From NCBI RefSeq assembly GCF_006345805.1, contig NC_043009.1:35650001-35714000 (forward strand): DNA of 64,000 nucleotides, read 5' to 3'. Numbering within the stretch: position 1 is the stretch's first letter; every line of letters starts with the position of its first letter. This document shows positions 27,177 through 39,626 of the stretch, one piece after another. The DNA is from Octopus sinensis (lineage: Eukaryota). The translations under genes and the position numbers were made by a program. The notes beneath the pieces are model-generated. The model ran no database searches, was not told the origin of the DNA, and saw nothing but the letters and a program-made list of their open reading frames with translations.

Positions 27177-27259
27177 GGACCTGAAGAGTGACTATATTTA
27201 AACTGAATTGATTTTACTGTTATCAGTTTGAAAATATAGCCACGAAACACGTGTAGTCT
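27177..27259 (+). ncRNA. Type I hammerhead ribozyme
   Basis: Stem I GGAC/GTCT; CTGAAGA core; long stem II GTG-CTATATTT-AAACTGA / TCAGTTT-AAATATAG-CAC; GAAA; palindromic stem III ACACGTGT; GUA triplet with predicted cleavage after 27255. Confidence 0.85.
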
Positions 27260-27412
27260 TTTTACCAATTATGTACTTTTCATTTGTTATTTTGTACTTT
27301 ACTTAAAAAATGGTATATATTTTATCGTATATTTAATTTTTTTCTATATAGTATAATTTAATTATATCATTGTTGTTTCATTTTTGAATTGATAAAAACT
27401 GGCTGCTCTCTA

Positions 27413-27415
<3 letters not shown>

Positions 27416-27495
<80 letters not shown>

Positions 27496-27504
27496 ATATG
27501 TATG

Positions 27505-27557
<53 letters not shown>

Positions 27558-27566
27558 CATACATAC

Positions 27567-27632
<66 letters not shown>
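27416..27632 (+). repeat. (TA)n microsatellite
   Basis: Directly visible. Confidence 0.98.
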
Positions 27633-27636
<4 letters not shown>

Positions 27637-27704
27637 TGCATTTGTGTGTATGTTTGTGCGTGTTTGTGTGTGTGTGTGTAGGTTATTATGTGTAAGTATG
27701 TATG

Positions 27705-27905
27705 TGCTTGTCCCCCCATTACTGCTTGACATCCAGTGCCGGTGTGTTTACGTCACCATAACTCAACAGTTCGCGAAAACAGACTCATAGAATAAGTACC
27801 AGGCTTAAGAATGAAGTCCTGGGATCAATTTGTCTACTAAAATCCTTCAAGACGGTGCTCCAGTATGGCCGCATTCAAATGACTGATACAGGTAAAAGAA
27901 TAAAA
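27705..27905 (+). mobile_element. SINE family A, 3' half
   Basis: tgcttgacatccagtgccggtgtgttta...gacggtgctccagtatggccgc...aaaagaataaaa. Confidence 0.8.
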
Positions 27906-28680
27906 TAATATATATATATATATAATTTGCAAATCCCCACCAAAAAAAACAGAAGCACAAACACAAGAGAAAAACAACGCTAAGGCGCGGTGCATGCAAA
28001 ATATTAGCAGACGCTCAGCATGAGGAGGGGGAAGGAGAGGTAGTTATACGTTTTGAGTCAAAGCTCTTCGTCGGAAACAGGAGATTGAGGAAAGTCCTAG
28101 AGAAAAGGAAAACGGAAGAAAAAATCGCGAACGATCCACATGTGGTTACATTTTGAAGTGACCGGAAGGGAATGGGTAAAGGAAAAGGTTTTTCTAAGAC
28201 AGGAATGTGTAAGAGAAGGGGGTATCTGTGTGTATGTATGGGTATGTGCATGCGCGCAAGTATTTATATGTATGAGTGTGTATGAATATGTGAGTTGTTG
28301 GGTGGTGTTTGTGTGGTGTTCGCTGTTTATATGTGTATGTGTGAGTGACCTTTGTGTTTATTAATGTTGTAGGAAGAATTCAGTACCATGGTTACAGGCG
28401 TGGTAGTGCTTTGTGCATTTGTGTGTCTCTTCACATGTACGTAGAAAAATGGTGAGTAGAAAGGTGTTTGACTGGCAGTTAAGGTATGCGTGCGCGTATA
28501 TATGTGTATACGCGTGTATGTTGTGTATATCTTGTATGTGGTGTATGCATGCATCTGTGTGCGAGCTGCGTGTGTGTGTGTGTGTGCGCGTGTGTGTGTA
28601 CGCGTGTGTATGGCCGTGCGTGGGTAGGTTTACGTTTGGGGTTGTTTGTGTGGAGTTATATGTGCGTTCTTTTGTGTGTA

Positions 28681-29065
28681 TGCATTCATGTTTTACTCCA
28701 CGTCAAATATCAAAGGATTCTGTGGTGCTTCCATTGAATTATACTGTGGCCTTCACGTACAAATAGAAAGACTCAAGGATGCGAGCAGTCGAGGAGGACA
28801 CCCAATCTTCCCAAGAACTTGGAACAACCCATTCCTACTCACCGTGTCGAAGACCTTCGTCAAGTCAACGAATGCAATGCAGAGAGGTTGGTTCTATTCC
28901 CTGCATGTCTCTTGTATCTTCCTAAGAAAGAAAATCATATCCATCGTAAATCGTCCGCATCTGAAACCACTTTGAGATTCTGGGTAGAGTCTTTCCGTAA
29001 GTTTCCGAACTCGGTCGAGAGCCAGGCGAACAAATGTCTTCCCGATAACACCGAGCAAGTATACA
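28681..29065 (-). mobile_element. RTE LINE RT fragment (inverted 5' segment)
   Basis: LLGVIGKTFVRL...YPESQSGFRCGRFTMDMIF...FVDLTKVFDTVSR...FDI*RGVKHEC. Confidence 0.9.
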
Positions 29066-29079
29066 TTTGTTACGCAAAA

Positions 29080-29578
29080 CGACGGCGTTTGCCTCCACAC
29101 GAGGTCGGACTGTAAACTATTCAATCTCTCAAGGCTCAATGCGAATACCAAAATCCGCAGGGTTCACATCCAGGAGATACTGTTTGCCGACGACGCAGCT
29201 CTGATAGCTCATTTAGAACTGCAATTGCAGACAATGATGGGCAATTTCAACCGTGCGAGCTATGCTTTCAGTTTAAGTCAGCCAACAGAAGACCAAGAAA
29301 ATGGGCCAAGGTATCTCGGATCCCCCAATCGACAAACCACTCACTCGATAGAGTCCGTGAGCTTATGTACCTTTGCTCAACAATTACGGATGGCTTTACA
29401 TTCGACCAGCTGAACAGGAGAATCGGGATAGCAGCTTTAACCATCGCCAAACTAGCTCAAAAAGAGTGGTTAAAAGGCAAGCTGACGAGATCCACCAAAT
29501 TCACAGTCTTTAAAGTATGTTTCCTCACCACCCTGCTATACAGCGGTGAGACCTGGTGCCTTTATGCCAGGCAAGAGC
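29080..29578 (+). mobile_element. RTE LINE RT fragment (sense segment)
   Basis: DGVCLHTRSDCKLFNLSRL...LFADDAAL...LNRRIG...TLLYSGETWCLYARQER. Confidence 0.9.
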
Positions 29579-29581
29579 GAG

Positions 29582-29654
<73 letters not shown>

Positions 29655-29666
29655 CACAGATAGATG

Positions 29667-29700
<34 letters not shown>

Positions 29701-29732
29701 AACATACATACATACATACATACATACATACA

Positions 29733-29766
<34 letters not shown>

Positions 29767-29785
29767 CATACATACATACATATAT
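29579..29785 (+). repeat. (GATA)n followed by (CATA)n microsatellite
   Basis: Directly visible. Confidence 0.97.
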
Positions 29786-29956
29786 ATGCGCCTTGGTGAA
29801 ACTGACTTTAATCATTCTAGTTTGGACAACTAGTGACTTCGCTATCAGCTTCGAATTTGTTGTGTGTACGTATGTATGTGTGTTCGTGTGTATGTACGTA
29901 TGTGTGCTTGTGAGTGTGTGTGTTTGTGTGTGTGTGTGTGTCTGTGTGTGTATGTG

Positions 29957-30007
<51 letters not shown>

Positions 30008-30950
30008 GTCAGTGTGTGCGCCTGTTTTCGCAAGATTTTCAATATATACTTAAAGGTTCCTTGCTGCCATAATTCACACTGCGACATCTGAGGCTGTAAT
30101 TTTGTATATGTACAGGCATACACAAATTAGTGGATTAGTAATGTAAGCATATGTTTTATATTTAACTGTTGTCTAGTCTCTATGACCTAGAGGCAATATT
30201 TAAATCACTGGAAATTTCCATATAGTAACCTAACTTTTTTCCTGGGTAGAAATTGATACTTTCTGCTTTTTCTACTTCTCTGTATTTTTTATATTTTTCT
30301 TTCCTCTCATTATAACAAGCGATGAAAATAATCTGTACAGGATAATTATTCATAAGGGATTGCTGCACTGTAATTTGGTCGGCTATAAAAGATGATTTTG
30401 TCAGTAAAGTATTCTAAGACTTGAATCTAAGTCACAACCACCACATTCCCATACATCCTACTCTTCTTTTCTTCTGATACTGACAGACACTTGCCTTTCC
30501 CCCTCTTTTTCTATCAACTATTCAGTTAAATTTACTCACTCAGCTACTCTCTTTCTCTCTTTTGCTCTTTCTCTCTCTCTCTCCTTTTCTTTCTCTCTCT
30601 TCTCCAAGTTGTAAGACAAATTCAGTCCACATATAATACACCTGATTCAGACTAGAATAAACCAGATGAAACAACATCAGTTGAGAGTATTGAATATTTG
30701 AAGAATTATATTTCAAATACTTCTGAAGTGACATAAAACGATAGGAATACTAAATAAAGCAAAAACAAATAAAAGTTAAAATATAAAAAGCGCATGAGAA
30801 GAAGAAGAAGAAGAAGAAGATTGTGGCATCAAGTCAAAGTAGACACTCAAAAAGGAACTTCTCATTATCACAGGGGAAAGAAAGTAATTAGTAAGAGACT
30901 GCGCAACATATAATTTTTGCAGCAGTAGTAGCAGTAGTAGTAGTAGTAGT

Positions 30951-30983
<33 letters not shown>

Positions 30984-31068
30984 TACGGAGAAACAACAGT
31001 TGTAGTTCTAAAATCTCTGATTGCTGTAATAATCACTCTAGCCAACGCTATCTTGTCACATATATATA

Positions 31069-31109
<41 letters not shown>

Positions 31110-31111
<2 letters not shown>

Positions 31112-31499
31112 CGCAGGAGTGGCTGTGTTGTAAGTAGCTTGTTTACCGACCACATGGTTCCGGGTTCAGTCCCACTGCGTGGCACCTTGGGCAAGTGTCT
31201 TCTACTATAGCCTCGGGCCGACCAAAACCTTGTGAGTGGATTTGGTAGACGGAAACTGAAAGAAGTCTGTCGTATATATGTATGTGTATGTGTTTGTGTG
31301 TCTGTGTTTGTCCCCCCTAGCATTGCTTGACAACCGATGCTGGTGTCTTTATGTCACCGTTACTTAGCGGTTCGGCAAAAGAGACCGATAGAATAAGTAC
31401 TGGGTTACAAAAGAATAAGTCCCGGGTCGAGTTGCTCGATTAAAGGCGGTGCTCCAGCATGGCCGCAGTCAGATGACTAAAACAAGTACAAGAGTAAAA

Positions 31500-31502
<3 letters not shown>
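31110..31502 (+). mobile_element. tRNA-headed SINE family A, full length
   Basis: ggcgcaggagtggctgtg..gtaag (A box) and gggttcagtccc (B box), internal TA/TG tract, tail gaaacaagtaaaagag. Near-identical to 44078-44484. Confidence 0.9.
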
Positions 31503-31560
<58 letters not shown>

Positions 31561-31573
<13 letters not shown>

Positions 31574-31806
31574 CCATATTTTCTAATGTATATGGAACAT
31601 TGGCTAGGTTTTCCATTAAGAACTGATATTATGACTTATATATATATATATATAAGGCCATATTTTCTAATGTATATGGAACATTGGCTAGGTTTTCCAT
31701 TAAGAACTGATATTATGACTTATATATATATATATATAAGGCCATATTTTCTAATGTGTATATGGAACATTGGCTAGGTTTTCCATTAAGAACTGATATC
31801 ATGACT
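31561..31806 (+). repeat. Three tandem copies of an 84-bp unit
   Basis: aggccatattttctaatg starts at 31571, 31655 and 31739. Confidence 0.95.
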
Positions 31807-31984
31807 TACATTAAAATTTAATTGCGAGGCACCATCGGGAGGTGAAACAAAATGATACTAGTCCAAAATCATCTCACCGGATATAGGGAAAAAGAGAACG
31901 CAACCAGAAATTCATAATTTGCACCCGAGAAGAACACAAGCCGGCCTACGTTTGACAAGCTGCAAAAACAGGATAGGTGACTAT

Positions 31985-32368
31985 GTGGAAGCACTCAGTC
32001 GGTTACGACGACGAGGGTTCCGGTTGATCCGAATCAACGGAACAGCCTGCTCGTGAAATTAACGTGTAAGTGGCTGAGCACTCCACAGACACGTGTACCC
32101 TTAACGTAGTTCTCGGGGATATTCAGCGTGACAAAGAGAGTGACAAGGCCGGCCCTTTGAAATACAGGTACAACAGAAACAGGAAGTAAGAGTGAGAGAA
32201 AGTTGTGGTGAAAGAGTACAGCAGGGATCACCACCATCCCCTGCCGGAGCCTCGTGGAGCTTCAGGTGTTTTCGCTCAATAAACACTCACAACGCCCGGT
32301 CTGGGAATCGAAACCGCGATCCTATGACCGCGAGTCCGCTGCCCTAACCACTGGGCCATTGCGCCTTC
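31985..32368 (-). mobile_element. tRNA-headed SINE family C, young copy
   Basis: Reverse complement is nearly identical to 46223-46606; head ggcgcaatggcccagtggttagggcagcgg...ggtttcgattccc. Confidence 0.92.
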
Positions 32369-32514
32369 ACATAGGTGACTATACAGAAGGTCATAGCGCA
32401 GGGCAAGATTACACTAGAGCTACAAGATGGAAAAAAAATTTTAAAGAGTATACAGAATATCTTTATGAAGCACATAACTGGTCTTTTTCGGTATATCTCT
32501 CTCATTCATCATTT

Positions 32515-33265
32515 CTTTTTTCCACTGTTAACAAAAAAGCAGTCATCTTTACTTTGAAATCTTGAATGGTTTTAAATTGACAAACATTAAACATCACGAT
32601 TTGTGTCTTGCTGATGAGCCTAAAAAAGGCGAAATGTGATCCTGCATGACTCTTTTAACGGTGATGAACAAATCATATGAAAATTGAATTTTCTCTCCAA
32701 ATTTCACTCCTGTATCAGAAATATTGACACAATAATGAAAAAAGCTTGGGAATCATTATCACCCTTTAAGCTGTTTCTCCCCCCTCTCTCTCTCTCTCTC
32801 TCTCACTTCCATGGCTCCAGCAGACGGAAACAGATCAGCCTTAATTATTACTCTTAAATGCATTTAGATTGAACATCAGGTTGACCAACCTGAAGATCTC
32901 GAATTGCGTCGTGTTGACGAACCTAGGTAACATAATCTTTTCTACTCTTGGCACAAAGTCCGAAATTTTGGAGTGAGGAGGCCAGTCGATTAGATCGAAC
33001 GCAGCACGTAACTGGTACTAAATTTATCTACCTCGACAGGATGCAAGCTCTAAAATTCACTCTATAATTGCTTACGGGCACTTACCATAATGTTTGAGAT
33101 CAAGGGCTACTAACCCCTCTTTTCTCCACTGTTAAAGAAAAGTTGATCAACCTTAATTTCAGATCTTAAATGACTTTAGATTTAGTAACTTGAAAATCTC
33201 GAATTGTGTCGTACTGATGAGTCTGAAATAAGGTGAAATGGAATCATGTATGGCTACTCCATCTT
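32515..33265 (+). repeat. Diverged direct repeats carrying decayed hammerhead-like cores
   Basis: 32515-32660 is similar to 33120-33265. Cores read CTGATGA-GCCT..AGGC-GAAA (about 32610) and CTGATGA-GTCT..AGGT-GAAA (about 33214). The NUH position reads CTG or ATG. Confidence 0.45.
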
Positions 33266-33384
33266 CAAAAGTAAAACAAAATCACTCTCCAATAAGAATT
33301 TGCAATGCGAAACAACGTAAAAAGGTTTAGAAGCGATTCTCTCCCTTAAAGCACACATACACGCACACTCTCTGTCTCTCCTTC

Positions 33385-33453
<69 letters not shown>

Positions 33454-33465
33454 TTATCTATCTAT
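33385..33465 (+). repeat. (CTAT)n microsatellite
   Basis: Directly visible. Confidence 0.97.
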
Positions 33466-34243
33466 TTCTTTCTCTGTCCTTCACTGCCAAGCCTCCAGTG
33501 AACGGAACACATGTATATTTTCTAATATTTGCGTTTTTAAAGAAGAAATTTTGGTTTGTGGCATATTTGTTTGCTATTTCCAGTATAAAGAGTATTGTTG
33601 TGTAGAGAAACGAAAAGGGTAGGGGAGTTCAATAATATTATGCAAACCTTATATATTTAATGCATAAAATAAGATCAATAGAAAACACTTCAAGAGATCA
33701 TGAATGATATTTACACAGTTATCAAATATTGTATTAGAAAACCCTAATAATATTTAGGAATCATATTACTTTATCATTGAAGCTAATTTCATCATTACAG
33801 AAATGGTTGATTATCTTTCCTTCGGTGCAAATTCCAAATGGAATGGCAGAAGCATCTTTAATGCCTAGAATATAGTTTTAGTTCAGCAGCAACGACTGTG
33901 ACGTATTTCTTTGACTTTTCTATTTGGCTCTGCACATTATATTTATTTGTTGCCGCTTTATCAATAATACATTTATTTGTGAGGGAAAATTTATTTATAG
34001 GCTTATTAAATACACTAATAGCTTCTGGATTTGTGGTCTATTCAGATTGAGATCTTTTTTTATCTAAATCAGTTGGAGGTTCGGATGATTTGACAAACAT
34101 TTTGCATTGAAAACTTTAAACTGGCGATCTATTCTAAATTCGGTGGTACTGAATAACACATAGTTTTACTTTATGTTTCTCTCATTTTCATCGTACAATT
34201 ATGCGAACATATTTCTACTTGGTTTTATGAAAGTTTCCCAAAT

Positions 34244-34633
34244 GGTGCAGGTGTGGCTGAGTGGTAAGAAACTTTCTTCTCAACCACATAGTTCTGGGTT
34301 CAGTCAAACTGCGTAGCAACTTGAGTATGTGTTTTCTGGTATAGCCTTGGTGGATTTGGTAAACGGAAACTGAAAAATGCACGTCTTATATAATTATATA
34401 AAGAGAGAGATTGTGTGTCTGAGTGTCTGTGTTTGTTCCCATCACCGTTTGACAGCCGGTGTTGGTGTGTTTACTTTCCCGTAACTTAACGGTTCGGTAA
34501 AATAGAGTGGTAGAATAAGTACCGGGCTTTAAAAAATACAAAAGTACCGGGGTCTATTCATTTGACTAAAATTCATTAAAGCGGTGCCCCAGCATGGCCG
34601 CAGTTAAATGAATGAAACAAGTAAAAGAATAAG
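34244..34633 (+). mobile_element. SINE family A, diverged copy
   Basis: Same head, body and tail as 31110-31502. Confidence 0.85.
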
Positions 34634-35001
34634 TATAATGAGGTTTTTCCCAGTTTTGACTCCTGTTATTATTACTACTCATGGGAAAGTACTTCTGCAC
34701 TTTAGGGGAACAGAACGAACTGATGATGTAGACTCCACATAACTCGGGCGGCTACATTTACGAACCAAATCTTCCTCTAAGTTTACTTCATCACATTAAA
34801 AAAACGGACAATGATATTATGTGTGTTTGATTAACTGGAACACGCCAGCTACTTTGTCTATTTCTGGCTTTCCTTGAAGAACGTCATTGATATACAAAAA
34901 AGCAATGATGTACAGATATGGAACCAACATGTAAAATTTGAATAAATTTAACAGGCATATCTTTCAACATTTCAACTAATAACTTTTATATTATTTACTA
35001 G

Positions 35002-35114
35002 ATTAGAAACGACATTCAGTGGAAGATAACATACGGTTGAAGCTTATGGTTGTAATTGCTTTGGACAGAACATGAAACCTAGAGAAGCAGCAAAGAGCGG
35101 AGAAACTAAAATTC
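35002..35114 (+). pseudogene. Candidate 113-nt exon with one in-frame TAA (LETTFSGR*HTVEAYGCNCFGQNMKPREAAKSGETKI)
   Basis: Acceptor ttttatattatttactag and donor gtgagt. An alternative stop-free 46-nt exon starts after ttgctttggacag. Confidence 0.25.
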
Positions 35115-35298
35115 GTGAGTACATTTAAATATTCGCTTGCATTTCTTGTACTTGTTATTGAAGAATCAGATGCTGCTTTTCCAAACTTGTACAGAAAAAT
35201 GTCTCTGGGTTTCTAACACACACACACACACACATACACAAGCATTCACACATACTCATGTTGAGCACAAATACACACAGGCATACATACACACACAT

Positions 35299-35329
<31 letters not shown>

Positions 35330-35423
35330 GACATGCACACACACGCATACACACATACACACAGGCACACATACACACACAGGCACACATACACATATGC
35401 ATATACACACACATTCTCTCTCC

Positions 35424-35455
<32 letters not shown>

Positions 35456-36059
35456 CTCTCTCTCTCACACATCCACAACCACACACACACACGCACACAC
35501 AAAAGCCGTGAAGGTAATCAGATGATTCAAAGGCGGAGAGTTTTAAGAAGCAGTTCTTATGAATGTAGTAAAGAAATAGAATTCATCGAGAAAATTCTTC
35601 TGCACACATACCTAAAAGCACATATCTTACAGAAGCAATTCCCAAATCACAAAATCAAATTCTTTATAACAGTTGCCGACACATACAATCTTCAAAAGCA
35701 CTATTGTATGTTTGTGTGTGTGCGTACAAAGCTTACTTCAACATTCAATTTAAAATATTCATAAACATTTAATAAAATTTTCTGATTTGAAATTTTTTCA
35801 AAAGTTACTTATCTTTTTTCCAAAGAGAAATAAAATTAATCATCATCATCATCTTCATCATCATCATCATCATTATCATCATCATCATCATCATCACCAT
35901 CATCATTATTGTTGTTGTTATATTCAACTTGCGCTGATGTCGACTTTGCCTTTCATCCTTTCGGGGTCGATAAATTAAGTACGCGTCAAGTACAGGGGTC
36001 GATGAGATCGACTACACCCCTTCCCCGAAATTTCAGAGATTATCATTATTATTTTCAAA

Positions 36060-37310
36060 AACATATATACCTCTCATATATTTTTTTTTCATTTGGGACT
36101 GTAAAGTCAATTATTAGCTGGCACTTACTATTCTCGTCATCTACAACTACCAAATGAAGCCTTCTAGCTTCTATTACTCTGTCAGTTTGAATTCTAAACT
36201 CCGCTATCTTGTATTTCTTACTTTCTAGTACTTTACTAGGTTCATGTTCATACCATTTATCAGTATCTTCAAATTCTAACTTTCTACATAACTCACAGTG
36301 GATTACTCTCCCTAGAATGACATGTCTTTTCTTGTATTCTCTCTGTGCCAGCTTGCTACAATCGCTTACCATATGAGTAACGCTTTGCTGTTTTTGATTT
36401 ACATAATCTACGCTGGGAATCTATTTGGTTTTTGTTTATCTTGGCTTTTATCCAATTAGTCCTTAATGCTTGATCTTGTGCAGCTAGTAACAAATTTTCT
36501 GTCTCCCTCTTCAGCTTTCTCTTCTGCAAACATAACCATGTCTTACTACTACTACTTGCAGCAACTATCTTTGGGATTCTACCATGCAACGCCTTCTCCT
36601 GCCATTCAGGTGATTTCTGTTATTTTTCTGGTTTTTTACTTCGTTGTGTTTTTTGGTTTCCCGATGTCTTGCTGTGACTCAGGTAGCTTTTAATAAACGT
36701 TCTTCACTGTTACCTACATAGGAGTTTATATCTACTCTGGATATCTCCACGCAGTCTTCTACTGATATTAACCTTCTTCCGCCTTCCTTTCTAAGTTAGT
36801 ACTCTGTCAGATTCTAAAACACCTAGGCACTTACCTCCTTTCAATGATTTTTATATCTGGCCATCTGGTAATTGGAGGCCTTCGCTGTCCCCTTCTCATG
36901 ACAAATATTGCACGCTTATCTATGCTAAATTCCATGCCTATATCTTTGCTGAAGACTCTTACGATCTGAATAAAGGAATCTATCTCTTTTTCATTCTTAC
37001 TAAAAGGCTTCACATCATCCATGTAGAGCGAATGGTTAATTTTTCCATTACTATTTCTGAACTGATACCCTGCCTTTGCCTTCTTTAATACTAAACTGAG
37101 GAGAATCAGACATAAGACAAATATTAAAGGGACAATGTTTACCCCTATTTTGCCGGGAATTATTGAAAGTGCTAGCAGGCTAAAATGGCACCTGTTTACT
37201 GGTCCTGCTTCAGAATTAGCGAATCTCTTCAGAAGTAACTTATCTCTGCAAATTGCAACTTTTTGTTGCTACTAAAAACATTCTGGTTGTTTATTTCCAA
37301 CCCAGTGAGT
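36060..37310 (-). mobile_element. R4/Dong (Rex6-like) LINE, internally deleted RT to RLE fragment
   Basis: YMDDVKPFSKNEKEI...FSKDIGMEFSIDK; KRETENLLLAAQDQALRTNWIK; SKLAQREYKKRH; FRIQTDRVIEARR...IIDFTVP. Confidence 0.88.
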
Positions 37311-37377
37311 ACCTGTCAAAATACCCTAAGCTATAATCTTAATATAGTAAAAAGATATATCTAACAATTATATGACA

Positions 37378-37383
37378 TTATTA

Positions 37384-37436
<53 letters not shown>

Positions 37437-37449
37437 GTTATTATTATTA

Positions 37450-37512
<63 letters not shown>

Positions 37513-37654
37513 TGTTTGACTTTTGCTTTACATTTGCACAAGATGGCTCCAAGTCTCACCCAGATACCCCAAGAGACAACAAGTTGGAATTTCATGTTGG
37601 TGTTATGCCTAGGGTGCCATATATTTGGTTTTGTACTTATTATTATTATTATTA

Positions 37655-37696
<42 letters not shown>
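37378..37696 (+). repeat. (TTA)n arrays flanking a short LINE stub
   Basis: Arrays at 37378-37510 and 37639-37696. Confidence 0.97.
37511..37638 (-). mobile_element. 5'-truncated 3' stub of a TAA-tailed retroelement (Dong-like)
   Basis: About 128 bp of unique sequence with (TAA)n on both sides; minus-strand end ...GGGTGAGACTTGGAGCC...CAG|AATAAT. Confidence 0.55.
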
Positions 37697-37698
<2 letters not shown>

Positions 37699-38105
37699 GG
37701 CAGCGAACTGACTGAATCGTTAATACGCCGGGCAAAATGCTCAGCGGCATTTCGTCAATAATTATTTTTTAAGTTCAAATTAGACCTAGGTCGACCTTAC
37801 TGTTCATCCTTTCGAGGTCGATATATTACGCACCGCTTTTCAGGCGTTGTGCCTATAGTTGAATGGATTATTATCATTATTATTATTATTAAGGCGGCGA
37901 GCAGGCAGAATAGCAAGCACACCGGACAAAGTGCTCAGCAGAATTTCGTCCATCCTTTACACTCTGAATTCAAATTCCGTCGAGGTTAACTTCACCTTTC
38001 ATCCCATCAGGGTCAATAAAATAATTACCAGTTGAGTAATGGGATTGATGTAATCGACTTCCTCACTCTCTACGAAATGGGCGGCCTTGTGCCAAATTTT
38101 GCAAT
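37697..38105 (+). mobile_element. Two tandem SINE family B copies separated by (ATT)n
   Basis: aaggcagcgaactg at 37697 and aaggcggcgagcagg at 37891. Confidence 0.85.
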
Positions 38106-39481
38106 TCTTATCATAATATAGGAAACTAGACTTACTACTCTCCTTTGAAAAAGAAAAACATAATCGAAACAACTATGTGTATACACACGTATAACGAACA
38201 TATTTAATACGTAAGTGTGTGCAGCTATGGACGCATATGTATGTATGCATATTTGAGTGCGCTTCTCAGGATTGTCAACACTTATGACTCTCCCAAAGTT
38301 CGGTGATGCTATGAGCTGTATCATGTGGTTGACCTCAGAATTTATGTAGGATCTCAGAAGAAAACCTGCCAATAAAGCATTGTAATTCTAATAGCACAGC
38401 TGCTAGAAATAATAACCAAATGCCACTTAGGTTATACACTCAACTGTTTTAGCAAGAAATTACACATACGATGTTATAGTTCTAGATACAGTGTAGACAA
38501 TAAAAAATAAATGCGTGTCACTGCAAGAGTTCTTTTGTTCATAAATTTGCCTTCTTACAACTCACTTGTGCCTAAAAAACAACATTGTTGGAGCGGTTGA
38601 TAAACTTAAATGGGAATGATAAGATAAAACTCTCTGGTGTACTCTTGTTATTATTAAACTCAGGTCAACATTTATCCAGGAGACAGAACCAAAAGTATTC
38701 CATTTATGAATAGACCGTGTCTAATGAGCCTTCCTTTTGACCCTCGGTAGAGTGATACATTTTATGGGGATTTGACTGTCGTTTCTAACTTTTCGGTAAA
38801 CCGGCCACAAGCCTCATCGGTTCTCTTGTGAATAGTTTGTAGTTTGTGGAAAAGATCTAAATTGGGAGAAGGTTAATGATTTCGCTCGCTCACCTTCTAA
38901 CTTATTTAACTGCAATTTTCTCATGTTTTGACTTGCAGATTGCGATATACAGTTGTATCAATAATTCAACTATAAGTAAGGGATCATTCATATAAAAACT
39001 AACAGTACGCAATTAAATTCGCTCTACACAGACTTTAACTTGTTGTAAAACTATATTGTGAAGAGAATATGTTATCATTCAGTGTCACATTACATCTAGA
39101 TATAGATTTATTACACAATCATGCGAATTTAAAATTACGTCAGATCATGCAAAATTCCCCGGTAGATGACAGTGTATCAATATTCATGTTACAATCGCTT
39201 AACATTTATCTTAAATGGCGCTACTACTTGATAAAACATTCATTGGTAGAGTTGCATTGGACACATTCTTGAAAACGCAAAAGTTTCAGGACTCACACAG
39301 AGATCTCCACATTCTCTGTACTTATACAAACGTATAAACATACACACAAGAACATACATAAATATATACACACATATACACATCTACACAATACTCATGC
39401 ACACACCACCACCACCGCACAATTGTTAATATTCTCACTAACATTGTTGTTACATTCACCAGCCATTTTTTCCTTCCAAAT

Positions 39482-39626
<145 letters not shown>

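Noticed and set aside
28373-28451. Exon-like segment with a TM-like peptide
   Set aside because: Embedded in GT-rich low-complexity sequence, and joining it to the upstream candidate creates a stop.
31561-31806. CRISPR-like array
   Set aside because: Units are identical with no unique spacers, in a eukaryotic context.
34720-34770. CTGATGA-TGTAG..CTACA hammerhead candidate
   Set aside because: No GAAA directly after stem II and no stem I or III.
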